Below, piece after piece: positions 15,614 to 24,127 of a stretch of DNA of 64,000 bases. Source of the stretch: Chthoniobacter flavus (lineage in GTDB: Bacteria > Verrucomicrobiota > Verrucomicrobiia > Chthoniobacterales > Terrimicrobiaceae); NCBI GenBank assembly GCA_945860745.1, contig CAMASH010000001.1, positions 44,700-108,699 on the forward strand, read 5' to 3'. The first letter of the stretch is position 1. Every line of letters begins with the position of its first letter. Under the pieces are notes generated by a model. The model saw nothing but the letters and a program-made list of their open reading frames with translations. It ran no database searches and was not told the origin of the DNA. The translations under genes were made by a program, and so were the position numbers.

Positions 15614-15877
15614 TCAGGCGGCTTTGAGCAGAGCTTTCAGCCGTTTCCAGGAAGGGGCCATGGCGGGGCAAGCCCTGGCCTCCATTTCCGCATAGAGGTC
15701 CAGCACGCGGTTCCCCTGGGGAGTGAGAATCGCCCCGCCTCGACCGGATCTGCCGCGTTCCGCGATGATCAGAGGATGGTGGAACGAGCGGTTCATGGTT
15801 TGCACCAGCAGCCAGGCTTTCCTGCACGACATCTTCATGCGGCGGGCCGCCTTACTCAGGCTGCCGGTTTCCGCCAC
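15614..15877 (-). CDS. ModE N-terminal-domain-like winged-helix regulator (molybdenum-responsive family)
   Basis: …ETGSLSKAARRMKMSCRKAWLLVQTMN…GGAILTPQG… matches the ModE/Mop HTH domain. Conserved residues (IRVYAGEEITLGPGKAELLRSV) continue upstream to 15970 with no ATG/GTG/TTG, so the real 5' end is uncertain. Confidence 0.6.
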   Translation of the reverse strand: MAETGSLSKAARRMKMSCRKAWLLVQTMNRSFHHPLIIAERGRSGRGGAILTPQGNRVLDLYAEMEARACPAMAPSWKRLKALLKAA

Positions 15878-15970
15878 CGAGCGGAGCAGCTCGGCTTTGC
15901 CGGGTCCGAGGGTGATTTCCTCCCCGGCGTAAACGCGGATGCGCGGACTGCGCGCAGGAATTTTGCGGGC

Positions 15971-17317
15971 TTACTCATGGGAGGGGCGCAGAAAAACGCC
16001 CCGGGTGGTCGTTCGGACGATCTCGCCGCGCTGGACAAGAAATTTGCCCCGGCGGATGACATCAATCACGTGGCAGCCCGAGCGGTGATTTTCGTACAAG
16101 CTCATGGGATGTTTGGTCAGAAGAGTTTTTCCCTCAATCGGGGTGGCATTGCGGAAATCCACCAAGGCGAAATCGGCGTCGAACCCGACGGCAATCCGAC
16201 CTTTGCGTTTTCCCAATCCGAAGCGCGAGGCCGGATTGGCCGCCAGCCAGCCAGCGGCCCGGGCAAATTGCTGCGGGGCCCTGCGGCGGAGTTCACCGAG
16301 GAAGGCGGGGAAGGCATGCTGGCATCCGGAAATCCCGCCCCAGATTTGGAAAAAATCCTCCCCGGTCCTCATCTCCGGCGGGGCGGGGGAGTGATCGGAG
16401 CCGATGGTGTCCACTTGACCGGCCAGCAGGGCTCTCCACAGGGCCTCGACATCTTCCTGCGCGCGCAAAGGCGGGGCACATTTGGCCCGCGCCCCGATGC
16501 GGACGGCATCATCGGCGTTGAAGAGCAAATAGTGCGGACACGTTTCCGCACTCACATCGACTCCGGCCGTTCGCGCTTGAGCGATCACGGCCAGACCTTC
16601 GGCGCAACTGACGTGCACCACATGCAACCTGGCTCCGGTTTCCCCGGCGATTTCACAAGCCATGCGGATGGCGGCTACCTCGGCCTCCTTGGGTCGGCTG
16701 TTCAGAAAGGCGCGCATGGACGTGTCATTGGCATTTCTGATCACGCCAGCCAGCATCTCTGGAGACTCGGCGTGGACCGCCACCGGGAGGTTCCACCGTT
16801 TGGCCCGGGACATGCCCTCGCGCAGGGTGGCCGCATCCGTCGCCGGAAACTCCGTCATGCCGCTCTTGCACAGAAACGCCTTGAAACCCACCGCCCCGGC
16901 TTCCGCCATCTCATCGATGGCGTCGGCGTGGCCGGGACACAATCCGCCCCAGAGCGCGAAATCGAGCAGTGATTTTTCCTCTGCGAGTCGCCGCTTGCGA
17001 TTGAGTTCCTCGGCGTTGAGGACCGGGGGATCGGAATTCAGCGGCATGTCGAAGAAGCAGGTTCCTCCGCCTGCAGCCAGAGCGGTGGAGCCGGTGGCCA
17101 GACCTTCCCAGTGTTCCCGCCCGGGTTCGTTGAAATGCACGTGGGCGTCGATGAAGCCGGGGAAAACGAAGGCTCCGCACACATCGAGGTCCATGGCGGA
17201 CACATCGGAAATGGAGGGGCCGACTTCCGTAATGACCCCGTCCTCGACGGCGATCTCGCCCCGCCAGATACCGGTGTCGTTGACCAATTGGGCGTTGCGG
17301 AGGATCAGGGTGTTCAT
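15971..17317 (-). CDS. allB: Allantoinase (cyclic amidohydrolase superfamily)
   Basis: 448 aa with …PGFIDAHVHFNEPGREHWEG… and other amidohydrolase metal-ligand blocks. Sits between allC-like and urate-pathway genes. Dihydroorotase or hydantoinase cannot be excluded without phylogeny. Confidence 0.85.
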   Translation of the reverse strand: MNTLILRNAQLVNDTGIWRGEIAVEDGVITEVGPSISDVSAMDLDVCGAFVFPGFIDAHVHFNEPGREHWEGLATGSTALAAGGGTCFFDMPLNSDPPVLNAEELNRKRRLAEEKSLLDFALWGGLCPGHADAIDEMAEAGAVGFKAFLCKSGMTEFPATDAATLREGMSRAKRWNLPVAVHAESPEMLAGVIRNANDTSMRAFLNSRPKEAEVAAIRMACEIAGETGARLHVVHVSCAEGLAVIAQARTAGVDVSAETCPHYLLFNADDAVRIGARAKCAPPLRAQEDVEALWRALLAGQVDTIGSDHSPAPPEMRTGEDFFQIWGGISGCQHAFPAFLGELRRRAPQQFARAAGWLAANPASRFGLGKRKGRIAVGFDADFALVDFRNATPIEGKTLLTKHPMSLYENHRSGCHVIDVIRRGKFLVQRGEIVRTTTRGVFLRPSHE

Positions 17318-18365
17318 GCCACGGGAAAGCCTGAGAGAAAATCGGTCAGCACATCAATGGCAAGTCCGATGTCCTCCGGCGCAGCGTATTCGTCGGGGTG
17401 GTGACTCCGGCCCTCGCGGCAGCGGACAAAAAGCAGCGCGACTTCAGTCACCCCGGCCAGGGCCACGGCATCGTGGCCCGCCCCGCTGACCAGTTGCGGG
17501 CAGGTGCCCTGCCGGGCGGAGACGCGTTCGGCCAGGGTGAAGTTGACCCGGCCGGGAATGACATTGCTGGCGGCGGAGGGAATAGGCAATTCGCCCACGG
17601 TGGCGACGAGGCCGTCCTCCGTCACGGCCCGTTCTTCGATCACGCGCATGCATTCCGCCGCGCCAGTCAGGGCATCGCGGCGCATGCTCATCGGCGTGGT
17701 TCTGGCATGCCCGGCTTGGCCTGCCAGAAAATCCGCGCGCGGGTCTGGCCGGCAATGGCCGTGACCACGCCCAGGGCCAGATTCGCGGTTTCCAAAACCG
17801 GCCGCTGTTCAATATGTGCTTCGACATAGCCCAGCGGATTTCGAATCGGGGGTGGGGGAGCGAACGCCGGACGATGTTTGGCGATGGCTTCGCTGACTGC
17901 GATGCCGCTGGCATCTTTCGCGGCGAGTTCCACGGACCCGAGATTTCCGGTGTAATGGCGGCTGCCCAGATAAGTGGTTTGAAAACGCACGCCTTCCGCG
18001 TCGGAAAATCCGACGATCTCAAGATGGTGCGGCAGTGGCATCCCGCGCCGCCGGATTTCTGCAACCGCGAGTATTCCGGCCACCACGCCCAGCGGACCGT
18101 CGAACTTCCCCGCGTTGCGCACGGTGTCGAGATGGGACCCGCCAATGACGGTGCCGGCTGTGGGATTTCCGCAGTCAAGCCGTCCAATCAGATTTCCGGC
18201 CTGATCTTCGTAAACTTCCAGACTGGCCACCCGCATCCAGCCGGCGACTAGTTCTTTTGCGCGACCCAGAGCGGGGGAGAGAAATGTGCGGGTTAACTGC
18301 GGCGGCTCATCGCTGATGGCCCCGAGTTCATCGAGCCAGACAGCCGCTTGGTTTTTAACTTCCAC
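17314..18365 (-). pseudogene. allC: Allantoate amidohydrolase (M20 family, AllC-like), interrupted by a frameshift
   Basis: ORF 17688-18491 (…GGSHLDTVRNAGKFDGPLGV…VGFSDAEG…VEAHIEQRPVLE…IAGQTRARIFWQAKPG) and ORF 17314-17691 (MSMRRDALTGAAE…GAGHDAV…EGRSHHPDEY) are consecutive parts of one AllC-like protein. The expected GHA(G/R)TTPM motif is only readable in the second frame; the switch lies about 17706-17725. Probable GTG start at 18365, overlapping the hiuH stop. Confidence 0.7.
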
Positions 18366-18687
18366 GATAGGTGCTGTAGGACCAGGGCGAGCAGAGAAGC
18401 GGAACGTGATAGTGGGCGTCCGGGTCGTCCACGCGAAATCGCACCGGGACGGTGTCGAGAAATCCACTCTGAAAATAGTCTCCCACCGCAAAGGTCAACT
18501 CAGAGAGTCCGGTTGACAACGCGCCATCGGAAAGCAGTGGCTGATCGGTGCGTCCGTCGGCATTGGTGACGGTGCGGGTAAGAAAGGACTTCGCGCCCGA
18601 TTCGAACCGGTGCAGTTCGATGACAATCCCCGCCCCCGGCTTTCCGGAGGCCGTATCGAGAACGTGGGTGGTGATTTTTCCCGCCAT
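18355..18687 (-). CDS. hiuH: 5-hydroxyisourate hydrolase (transthyretin-like)
   Basis: 110 aa: MAGKITTHVLDTASGKPGAG…HYHVPLLCSPWSYSTYRGS, with the diagnostic C-terminal YRGS. Confidence 0.9.
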   Translation of the reverse strand: MAGKITTHVLDTASGKPGAGIVIELHRFESGAKSFLTRTVTNADGRTDQPLLSDGALSTGLSELTFAVGDYFQSGFLDTVPVRFRVDDPDAHYHVPLLCSPWSYSTYRGS

Positions 18688-18688
18688 G

Positions 18689-19219
18689 TCAGTCCTCCAC
18701 GATATCAGCCAATCGCAATCGTGCGATCTGGAATATCTCCCCGAGGGCCGTTTCGGCCTCCTTCTCCGGGGAGTTCTTCACCCGCGCCTCCATGGCAGAC
18801 CGGATTGTCTCCACATTGTTCAAGCGAGCGCAGATGATGAAGGGAAACCCGAACCGGGCGCGATACTCGGAATTCAGCGTGCCGATCTTTTCCAAGGTGG
18901 CCCGATCGCTCCGGGCGAGTCCGGCCGCTTCTTGTTCGCGGGCGGATTCCGCCGTGAGCAAACCCTGCCTGGCCAGCCGCCCCGCCAGATCGGGATGGGC
19001 GTTGATGAGCGCGAGTTGCTTTTCCCGGCCGGCCGCGACGACGAGATCCGTCACGGCCGCGTGCAGGTCTTCCACGCTGGCGAAGGGCCGGCGTCCCGCG
19101 GCGGTTTCCGCGATCCAGGGTGAGTGTTCGAAAATACCCCCCAGCAATTCGACGAAGGCCGGCCGCGACAAGGCATTCACGTCGCGGATGCCGCATTTTC
19201 TGCTGGTGATGGCTGACAT
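18689..19219 (-). CDS. uraD: 2-oxo-4-hydroxy-4-carboxy-5-ureidoimidazoline (OHCU) decarboxylase
   Basis: …FVELLGGIFEHSPWIAE…LINAHPDLAG…EQEAAGL…YRARFGFPFIICAR… is typical of OHCU decarboxylase. Start taken at MSAITS (19219); the ORF extends to 19306. Confidence 0.85.
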   Translation of the reverse strand: MSAITSRKCGIRDVNALSRPAFVELLGGIFEHSPWIAETAAGRRPFASVEDLHAAVTDLVVAAGREKQLALINAHPDLAGRLARQGLLTAESAREQEAAGLARSDRATLEKIGTLNSEYRARFGFPFIICARLNNVETIRSAMEARVKNSPEKEAETALGEIFQIARLRLADIVED

Positions 19220-19286
19220 GCCGGGTGCATCGTGATGGCGCAGTCGGGGCGCGGTTGTCCAGTGCTTTGACAGGCGGCGCAGGAAA

Positions 19287-19832
19287 ATGAGCAAACTGGA
19301 ATTCAATCATTACGGCAAACACATGGTGCGTCTGCTCCGTGTGAACAAAAACGGCCCCGCCCACGAAGTCTCCGAATGGGAGGCCGATGTCCTGCTTGAA
19401 GGGGACCTGGCCGGGTCCTATTTGAGCGAAGACAATTCCAGTGTTGTGCCCACGGACACCGTGAAAAACGCCGTCCTGGCCCTCGCGCACGACAGGGAGG
19501 ACGCCACGCGCGATGCCTTTGCCCTGGCCCTGGCTTCGCATTTCATCGAAGGCTATTCCCATCTCACCGCCGCGGATGGGGAGGTGCGGGAAAAACTCTG
19601 GACCCGCCTGGCCCCCGCGGGAAATCCGCATCCGCACGCGTTCGTGCGTGAGGCCAACGGCCAGCCTTTCAGTTTTGTCCGGGTCGAACGCAGAAAACCC
19701 GTCCGGCGTGCCGCCGGCATCCACTATCTCAACATCGACCTGACGAAGGTTGGGCGTCCCGCTGGACAAAAAAAAGTGTTCCTGCCGACCAGCGATCCCT
19801 TCGGCTCCATCGAGGCCGTGGTGGCGCGTTAG
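19287..19832 (+). CDS. uox: Urate oxidase-like protein with a large in-frame internal deletion (181 aa instead of ~300)
   Basis: The N-terminal T-fold domain aligns by eye with uricases (YGKHMVRLLRV…LLEGD…SYLSEDNSSVVPTDTVKNAV…HFIEGYSH…HPHAFVRE…). The C-terminal ~38 aa (IHYLNIDL…KKVFLPTSDPFGSIEAVVAR) matches the uricase C-terminus (…KHYFEIDL…EVF…DPNGLI…). The ~110 residues between are absent. Confidence 0.75.
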   Translation: MSKLEFNHYGKHMVRLLRVNKNGPAHEVSEWEADVLLEGDLAGSYLSEDNSSVVPTDTVKNAVLALAHDREDATRDAFALALASHFIEGYSHLTAADGEVREKLWTRLAPAGNPHPHAFVREANGQPFSFVRVERRKPVRRAAGIHYLNIDLTKVGRPAGQKKVFLPTSDPFGSIEAVVAR

Positions 19833-19837
19833 CGGCC

Positions 19838-21223
19838 ATGCTGCCGGAGATTCACACCGCCATCCCCGGTCCGCGCTCACGCGAACTGGCGGGGAAGCTC
19901 GCGAAATACGAAGTGCGCGAGGTGACCTTCCTATCGGACGATTTCCCGATTTTCTGGGAACGCGCCGAGGGCACGAATGTCTGGGATGTGGACGGAAACC
20001 GCTTCCTTGATTTCACCTCCGCCTTTGCCGTAAGCGGACTGGGCCATTCCTCGCCGGTCGTGCGCAAACCCTTGCTGGAACAAGCTGGCAAGCTGCTGCA
20101 CGCCATGGGCGACGTGCATCCGGCCGGAGTGAAAGCCGATTTGTGTGAAGCCCTGAGCCGCGTGACCTTCGAGCGCTGGAACGCGGGCACGGGCAAGACG
20201 ATCCTCTGCAACTCCGGGTCCGAAGCGGTGGAAGCCGCGCTGAAAACGTCGCTTTTGCATAGCGGCAAGCCCGGGGTGATTTATTTTTCGGGAGCTTATC
20301 ACGGCCTCGGCTACGGCGCGCTGGAGGCGGGCGGCCTGCCCTACTTCCGCGATCCCTTCCGTTCCCAACTGGCCAAGTGGGGCGTGCAGGTGCCGTATCC
20401 GTCCTGCTACCGGTGTCCGTGCGGACGCAAGGAAGGTTTCCGGCTGGAGGGCGAGCCATTTCCGAACTGCGCCACGACTTGCCTGGAAGAAATCAGCGCG
20501 CAAATTCTGGCGGCGATCCGGCAGCGGGAGATCGGCTGCATCATTGTCGAGCCCATTCAAGGGCGCGGCGGCGAGGTTGTCCCTCCGCGGGATTTCCTCA
20601 CCATGCTGCGGCGGATCTGCGATGCGGAAAAAGTGCTGCTCGTGCTGGACGAGATTTACACCGGCTTCAATCGCACCGGAAAACTCTTCGCCTGCGAGCA
20701 TTTCGACGTGATCCCCGACATCATCTGTCTGGGCAAAGCCCTCACCGGCGGCTTTCCGCTGGCGGCCTGCGTGGGACGGGCTGACATCATGGACGCCTGG
20801 CCCGCTTCACAGGGCGAGGCCTTGCACACCAGCACCATGCTGGGCAACCCCCTCGGTTGTGCCATGGCGGTTGCCGCCATCGCCGAACACTCGAAAAATG
20901 AAACCCAAGCACAAGCCCAGGAAGCCGGAAGACGCTTGAAGACTGCCCTCGGCGGCCTGCGTTCGCCTTTCATCGGCGACGTGCGTGGAGCGGGGACAAT
21001 GCTCGGGGTGGAATTGGTGAAGGGAGACGGCGCACCATTCGGGAAACTGGCCGGTGCCATCATGGTGCGCGGCTTGCAGGAGGGACTCATCCTGCTGGGC
21101 GGCGGGCCGGATGGAAACGTGCTGTCGTTTTCTCCACCGTTTGCGATTTCCGATGCAGAGGTGGCTTATCTGACGGGAAAACTGCAGGCCTACTTCGAGC
21201 AATTGCCGCAGACGCTTGCGTAA
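19838..21223 (+). CDS. Class-III PLP-dependent aminotransferase (GABA/acetylornithine aminotransferase-like)
   Basis: 461 aa with …NSGSEAVEAALK…, …LDEIYTGFNRTGKLFACEHFDVIPDIICLGKALTGG… (PLP-lysine region). Confidence 0.9.
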   Translation: MLPEIHTAIPGPRSRELAGKLAKYEVREVTFLSDDFPIFWERAEGTNVWDVDGNRFLDFTSAFAVSGLGHSSPVVRKPLLEQAGKLLHAMGDVHPAGVKADLCEALSRVTFERWNAGTGKTILCNSGSEAVEAALKTSLLHSGKPGVIYFSGAYHGLGYGALEAGGLPYFRDPFRSQLAKWGVQVPYPSCYRCPCGRKEGFRLEGEPFPNCATTCLEEISAQILAAIRQREIGCIIVEPIQGRGGEVVPPRDFLTMLRRICDAEKVLLVLDEIYTGFNRTGKLFACEHFDVIPDIICLGKALTGGFPLAACVGRADIMDAWPASQGEALHTSTMLGNPLGCAMAVAAIAEHSKNETQAQAQEAGRRLKTALGGLRSPFIGDVRGAGTMLGVELVKGDGAPFGKLAGAIMVRGLQEGLILLGGGPDGNVLSFSPPFAISDAEVAYLTGKLQAYFEQLPQTLA

Positions 21224-21228
21224 AGAAG

Positions 21229-21290
21229 TGTAGTCGCGGCACTCCGTTGCCGTGCGGGAAGGAGCGCCCCAGCAGAGTGGGGCGGCTACA
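21229..21290. repeat. Palindromic intergenic element, TGTAG(C/T)CGC…GCGGCTACA family (short copy)
   Basis: Its termini are inverted repeats. The core GCCGTGCGGGAAGGAGCGCCCCAGCAGAGTGGGGCGGCTACAG recurs at 43202-43321. Confidence 0.7.
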
Positions 21291-21301
21291 GTTTGTCCAA
21301 T

Positions 21302-21955
21302 CTAGCGCAGCAGCGGGGCATAGGTGCCGATGATGTTGGTGTCGCCGGTTTGCTTGGGGAGAAGGATCGCGCCGTCGCCGCCTTGGCGGAAGACGACGAA
21401 GCCTTTGTTGCCGTAGGGCTTGGCGGAGGATTCAAGGGGAAGGCCGCCGGTGGGGGTGTTGGTGAAGTTGGCGGTGGTGAGGAAGACGGTGTGGCTGTCG
21501 GAGTTTTTGCTCACGCCATAGGCGAGCACTGCGGTATCTTGGATGGTGGGCACGGTTCCCAATGGAACAACCTTTCCCGCAGCGGAGAGCAATTTACAGA
21601 GATCGTTAGTGGTGAGGTAGTCGGGAACCAGAAGCTTGGTCCAATTGGAAAAAGTTCCGCCAGTGTCGCCGGGCCAGCCGAGGTTGGTGTCCTTGGTGGG
21701 TTTCCCGTCCAAGGCCATTTGCTGGGTAGCGAGATGGAGTTGCTTCATGTTGCTGAGGGCTTGGGTCATTTGACCTCTCGTCAACCCGACATGGATTTGG
21801 GGCCGGGCCATGAGAAAGATGACAATGACGAGAACGACGATGATCTCGGTCAAAGTGAACGCGGAGTTGCCGGCGGGCTTGATGCTCACGGGAGGAGCTT
21901 CGTCTTTTCGTGAGGAGAGGGGAAGAAAGAAGGGGAGACCGGAAAAATTCTTCAA
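21302..21955 (-). CDS. Prepilin-type N-terminal cleavage/methylation domain protein (type II secretion/type IV pilin-like)
   Basis: …GNSAFTLTEIIVVLVIVIFLMA… is a class-III signal/pilin N-terminal helix; the remainder is non-conserved. The start codon is uncertain. Confidence 0.7.
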   Translation of the reverse strand: MKNFSGLPFFLPLSSRKDEAPPVSIKPAGNSAFTLTEIIVVLVIVIFLMARPQIHVGLTRGQMTQALSNMKQLHLATQQMALDGKPTKDTNLGWPGDTGGTFSNWTKLLVPDYLTTNDLCKLLSAAGKVVPLGTVPTIQDTAVLAYGVSKNSDSHTVFLTTANFTNTPTGGLPLESSAKPYGNKGFVVFRQGGDGAILLPKQTGDTNIIGTYAPLLR

Positions 21956-22048
21956 CTTACACTTAAACCTGAACGTGAACTTAAACTCTGAATTCCACGA
22001 CCCGAAAGAGAGGAGTTTAGGTATAGGTGTAAGTTTTCAAGAAGCATC

Positions 22049-23311
22049 CTATGGCTTCTCCGCCAGCCGGTAGAGCATTTCGCCGGCTTTGGGGACATAC
22101 AAAATTCCCTCGTCTTCGCGGTTGGCGAAATCCGCCGGGTTGATGCTGGCCGGGTCGCGGTAGCCGAGGTTGATCTCGTGGCAGATAGACTCGGGGATGC
22201 TGGTGGCGAGGGTGACCTGGACGCGGCATTTCTCCACGCCATCTTCATAGGTGCCGACGCCGCGGACGTGGGTGGAGTGGGCCAGGATGCCCCAGGGGTG
22301 GTCTTTGAAACGGTCCCATTGCTTGAGAAAATAGTCGCGGCAATGGTAGCCGATCTCGCGGATGAGGCGGCCGTGGACGACGCTGATCTCGTGGATGTGC
22401 GGGGCGTAGATGATGAGTTCGCCGCCATCGGCCACGACGGGTTCGAGTTTGTACATGCATTTGCCGCCGACCCAGAGTTCGTCATACATGGCGGGGGCGC
22501 AGGAGAGGACCGTGCGGAAGGGGCGCTCTTTGTAAAGGATGTGGAGGCGGTCGGAGTGGTCGCTGGCGGCGTCCCACGCTTGCTCGGGGGTGCCGGCGAA
22601 AAGGCCGGCGAAGTTCGGGCCTTCGACCACGAGGCAGAAGCACAATTTTTCGATGGGAAGGAGGGCGGCGGCGCGATCGACCACTTTGCGCACGGGGGTC
22701 CATTTGTTCCCTATGATGAGGGGGTTGGTGATGACGGCGCCGAGCCAGTGAAAAAAATTCAAAATGTCGGGGCCGGAGACGCCGGGGAAGAGGTATTTGT
22801 TGCCGCCGGAGAAGCCGACGACTTCGTGGGGAAAGACGGGACCGATGATGATGAGGCGATCGTAATCGAAGAGGTGTTTGTTGATGGAGACGGGGACGTC
22901 CATGGCGAAGAGGCCGTCGGACAGTTCGCTGATATCAGCGGCCGGGATGTGGCCGAGGGAGCGGAGGGCGTCGGGGTTGTCCCATTCGTGATTGAGGAGG
23001 CGGGGCGCGGCGAATTCGCCGGCGCGTTCGGCGGGGGAAAGTTCCAGGCGTTCGCAAATGGCGTCCTGGGTCATGGGCGGATGGGTGCCGAGGGCGACCA
23101 TCACGTCCACCGCGCGGCATTGCGGGGAAATGAGACGGTGGAGGGTTTTAAATACGGGACCGATGGGCGCGGTGCGGGTGGAATCGGGGACGATGAGGAG
23201 AACGCGTTTGTTCTGCCAGTCGTGGCCCGCGCAGGCTGCGGCGATGGCGTTTTCGATCGCGGCGGGGGTGAGGCTCTGGCCGGGTGGCGCGATTTGTGAG
23301 ATGAGGTTCAT
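22049..23311 (-). CDS. LarA-like (DUF2088) nickel-pincer-cofactor-dependent racemase/epimerase family protein
   Basis: 420 aa with …LLIVPDSTRTAP…VMVALGTHPPMT…VVGFSGGNKYLFPGVSG… resembling the lactate racemase N-terminal domain family. Confidence 0.75.
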   Translation of the reverse strand: MNLISQIAPPGQSLTPAAIENAIAAACAGHDWQNKRVLLIVPDSTRTAPIGPVFKTLHRLISPQCRAVDVMVALGTHPPMTQDAICERLELSPAERAGEFAAPRLLNHEWDNPDALRSLGHIPAADISELSDGLFAMDVPVSINKHLFDYDRLIIIGPVFPHEVVGFSGGNKYLFPGVSGPDILNFFHWLGAVITNPLIIGNKWTPVRKVVDRAAALLPIEKLCFCLVVEGPNFAGLFAGTPEQAWDAASDHSDRLHILYKERPFRTVLSCAPAMYDELWVGGKCMYKLEPVVADGGELIIYAPHIHEISVVHGRLIREIGYHCRDYFLKQWDRFKDHPWGILAHSTHVRGVGTYEDGVEKCRVQVTLATSIPESICHEINLGYRDPASINPADFANREDEGILYVPKAGEMLYRLAEKP

Positions 23312-23314
23312 CCT

Positions 23315-24127
23315 TTAAATGGTTTGGGAAAGGAAGCCGCCGTCCACGCGGATGTCGGTGCCGGTGACGAAGCTGCTCGCTTTTTCGCTGGCGAGAAAAA
23401 CGGTGGCACCGGCGAGTTCGCGGGCTTCGCCGAAACGGCCCATCGGGGTGTGTCCGAGGATCGAGGCGGCTCGCGCGGTGGGGGAGCCGTCCTCGTTGAA
23501 AAGGAGTCGGCGGTTTTGTTCGGCCGGGAAGAATCCGGGAGTGATGGTATTGACCCGGACGCCGTGCGGTGCCCATTCGCGGGCGAGGAAGAGGGTGAGG
23601 TTGAGCACGGCGGCCTTGGCGGCGGAGTAGGTGACGACGCGCGAAAGGGGGAGATGGGCGGAGACGCTGGCGATGTTGATGATGCTGCCGCGTCCGGCCG
23701 CGCACATGGCGGGGCCGAATTCCTGGCAGGGAAGCAGGAGTCCTCCGACGAGGTTGAGGTTGAAATTTGCCGTCCAGTCCTCGGCGCTGATGTTCTCAAA
23801 AGGGTTCTCGGGCGTGACGGTGACGCGGGGGTCGTTGCCGCCGGCGGCGTTGACCAGGATGGTGACGGGGCCGAATTTTGCCGCGACGTTTTCGCGGAGG
23901 GCGCGCAGGCTTTCGCGGGAGGATGCGTCGGCGGCGAAGAAGGCGGCCATGCCGCCGCGGCTGGTGATGGCGTCGCAACGGGCCTGGCCGCGCTCAGGGT
24001 TGCGTCCGGCGATGGCCACCTTCGCCCCTGCGGCTGCGAGGGCTTCGGCCATGCCTCCGCCGAGGACGCCGGTGCCTCCGATGACGACGGCCACGGAAGC
24101 GGAGAGATCGAAAAGGGAATCTGTCAT
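23315..24127 (-). CDS. SDR-family oxidoreductase
   Basis: VVIGGTGVLGGGMAEAL (TGxxxGxG), NAAG, and a catalytic-region-like SVSAHLPL…YSAAKAAV. Start at MTDSLF (24127) overlaps the upstream gene's stop by 4 bp. Confidence 0.85.
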   Translation of the reverse strand: MTDSLFDLSASVAVVIGGTGVLGGGMAEALAAAGAKVAIAGRNPERGQARCDAITSRGGMAAFFAADASSRESLRALRENVAAKFGPVTILVNAAGGNDPRVTVTPENPFENISAEDWTANFNLNLVGGLLLPCQEFGPAMCAAGRGSIINIASVSAHLPLSRVVTYSAAKAAVLNLTLFLAREWAPHGVRVNTITPGFFPAEQNRRLLFNEDGSPTARAASILGHTPMGRFGEARELAGATVFLASEKASSFVTGTDIRVDGGFLSQTI

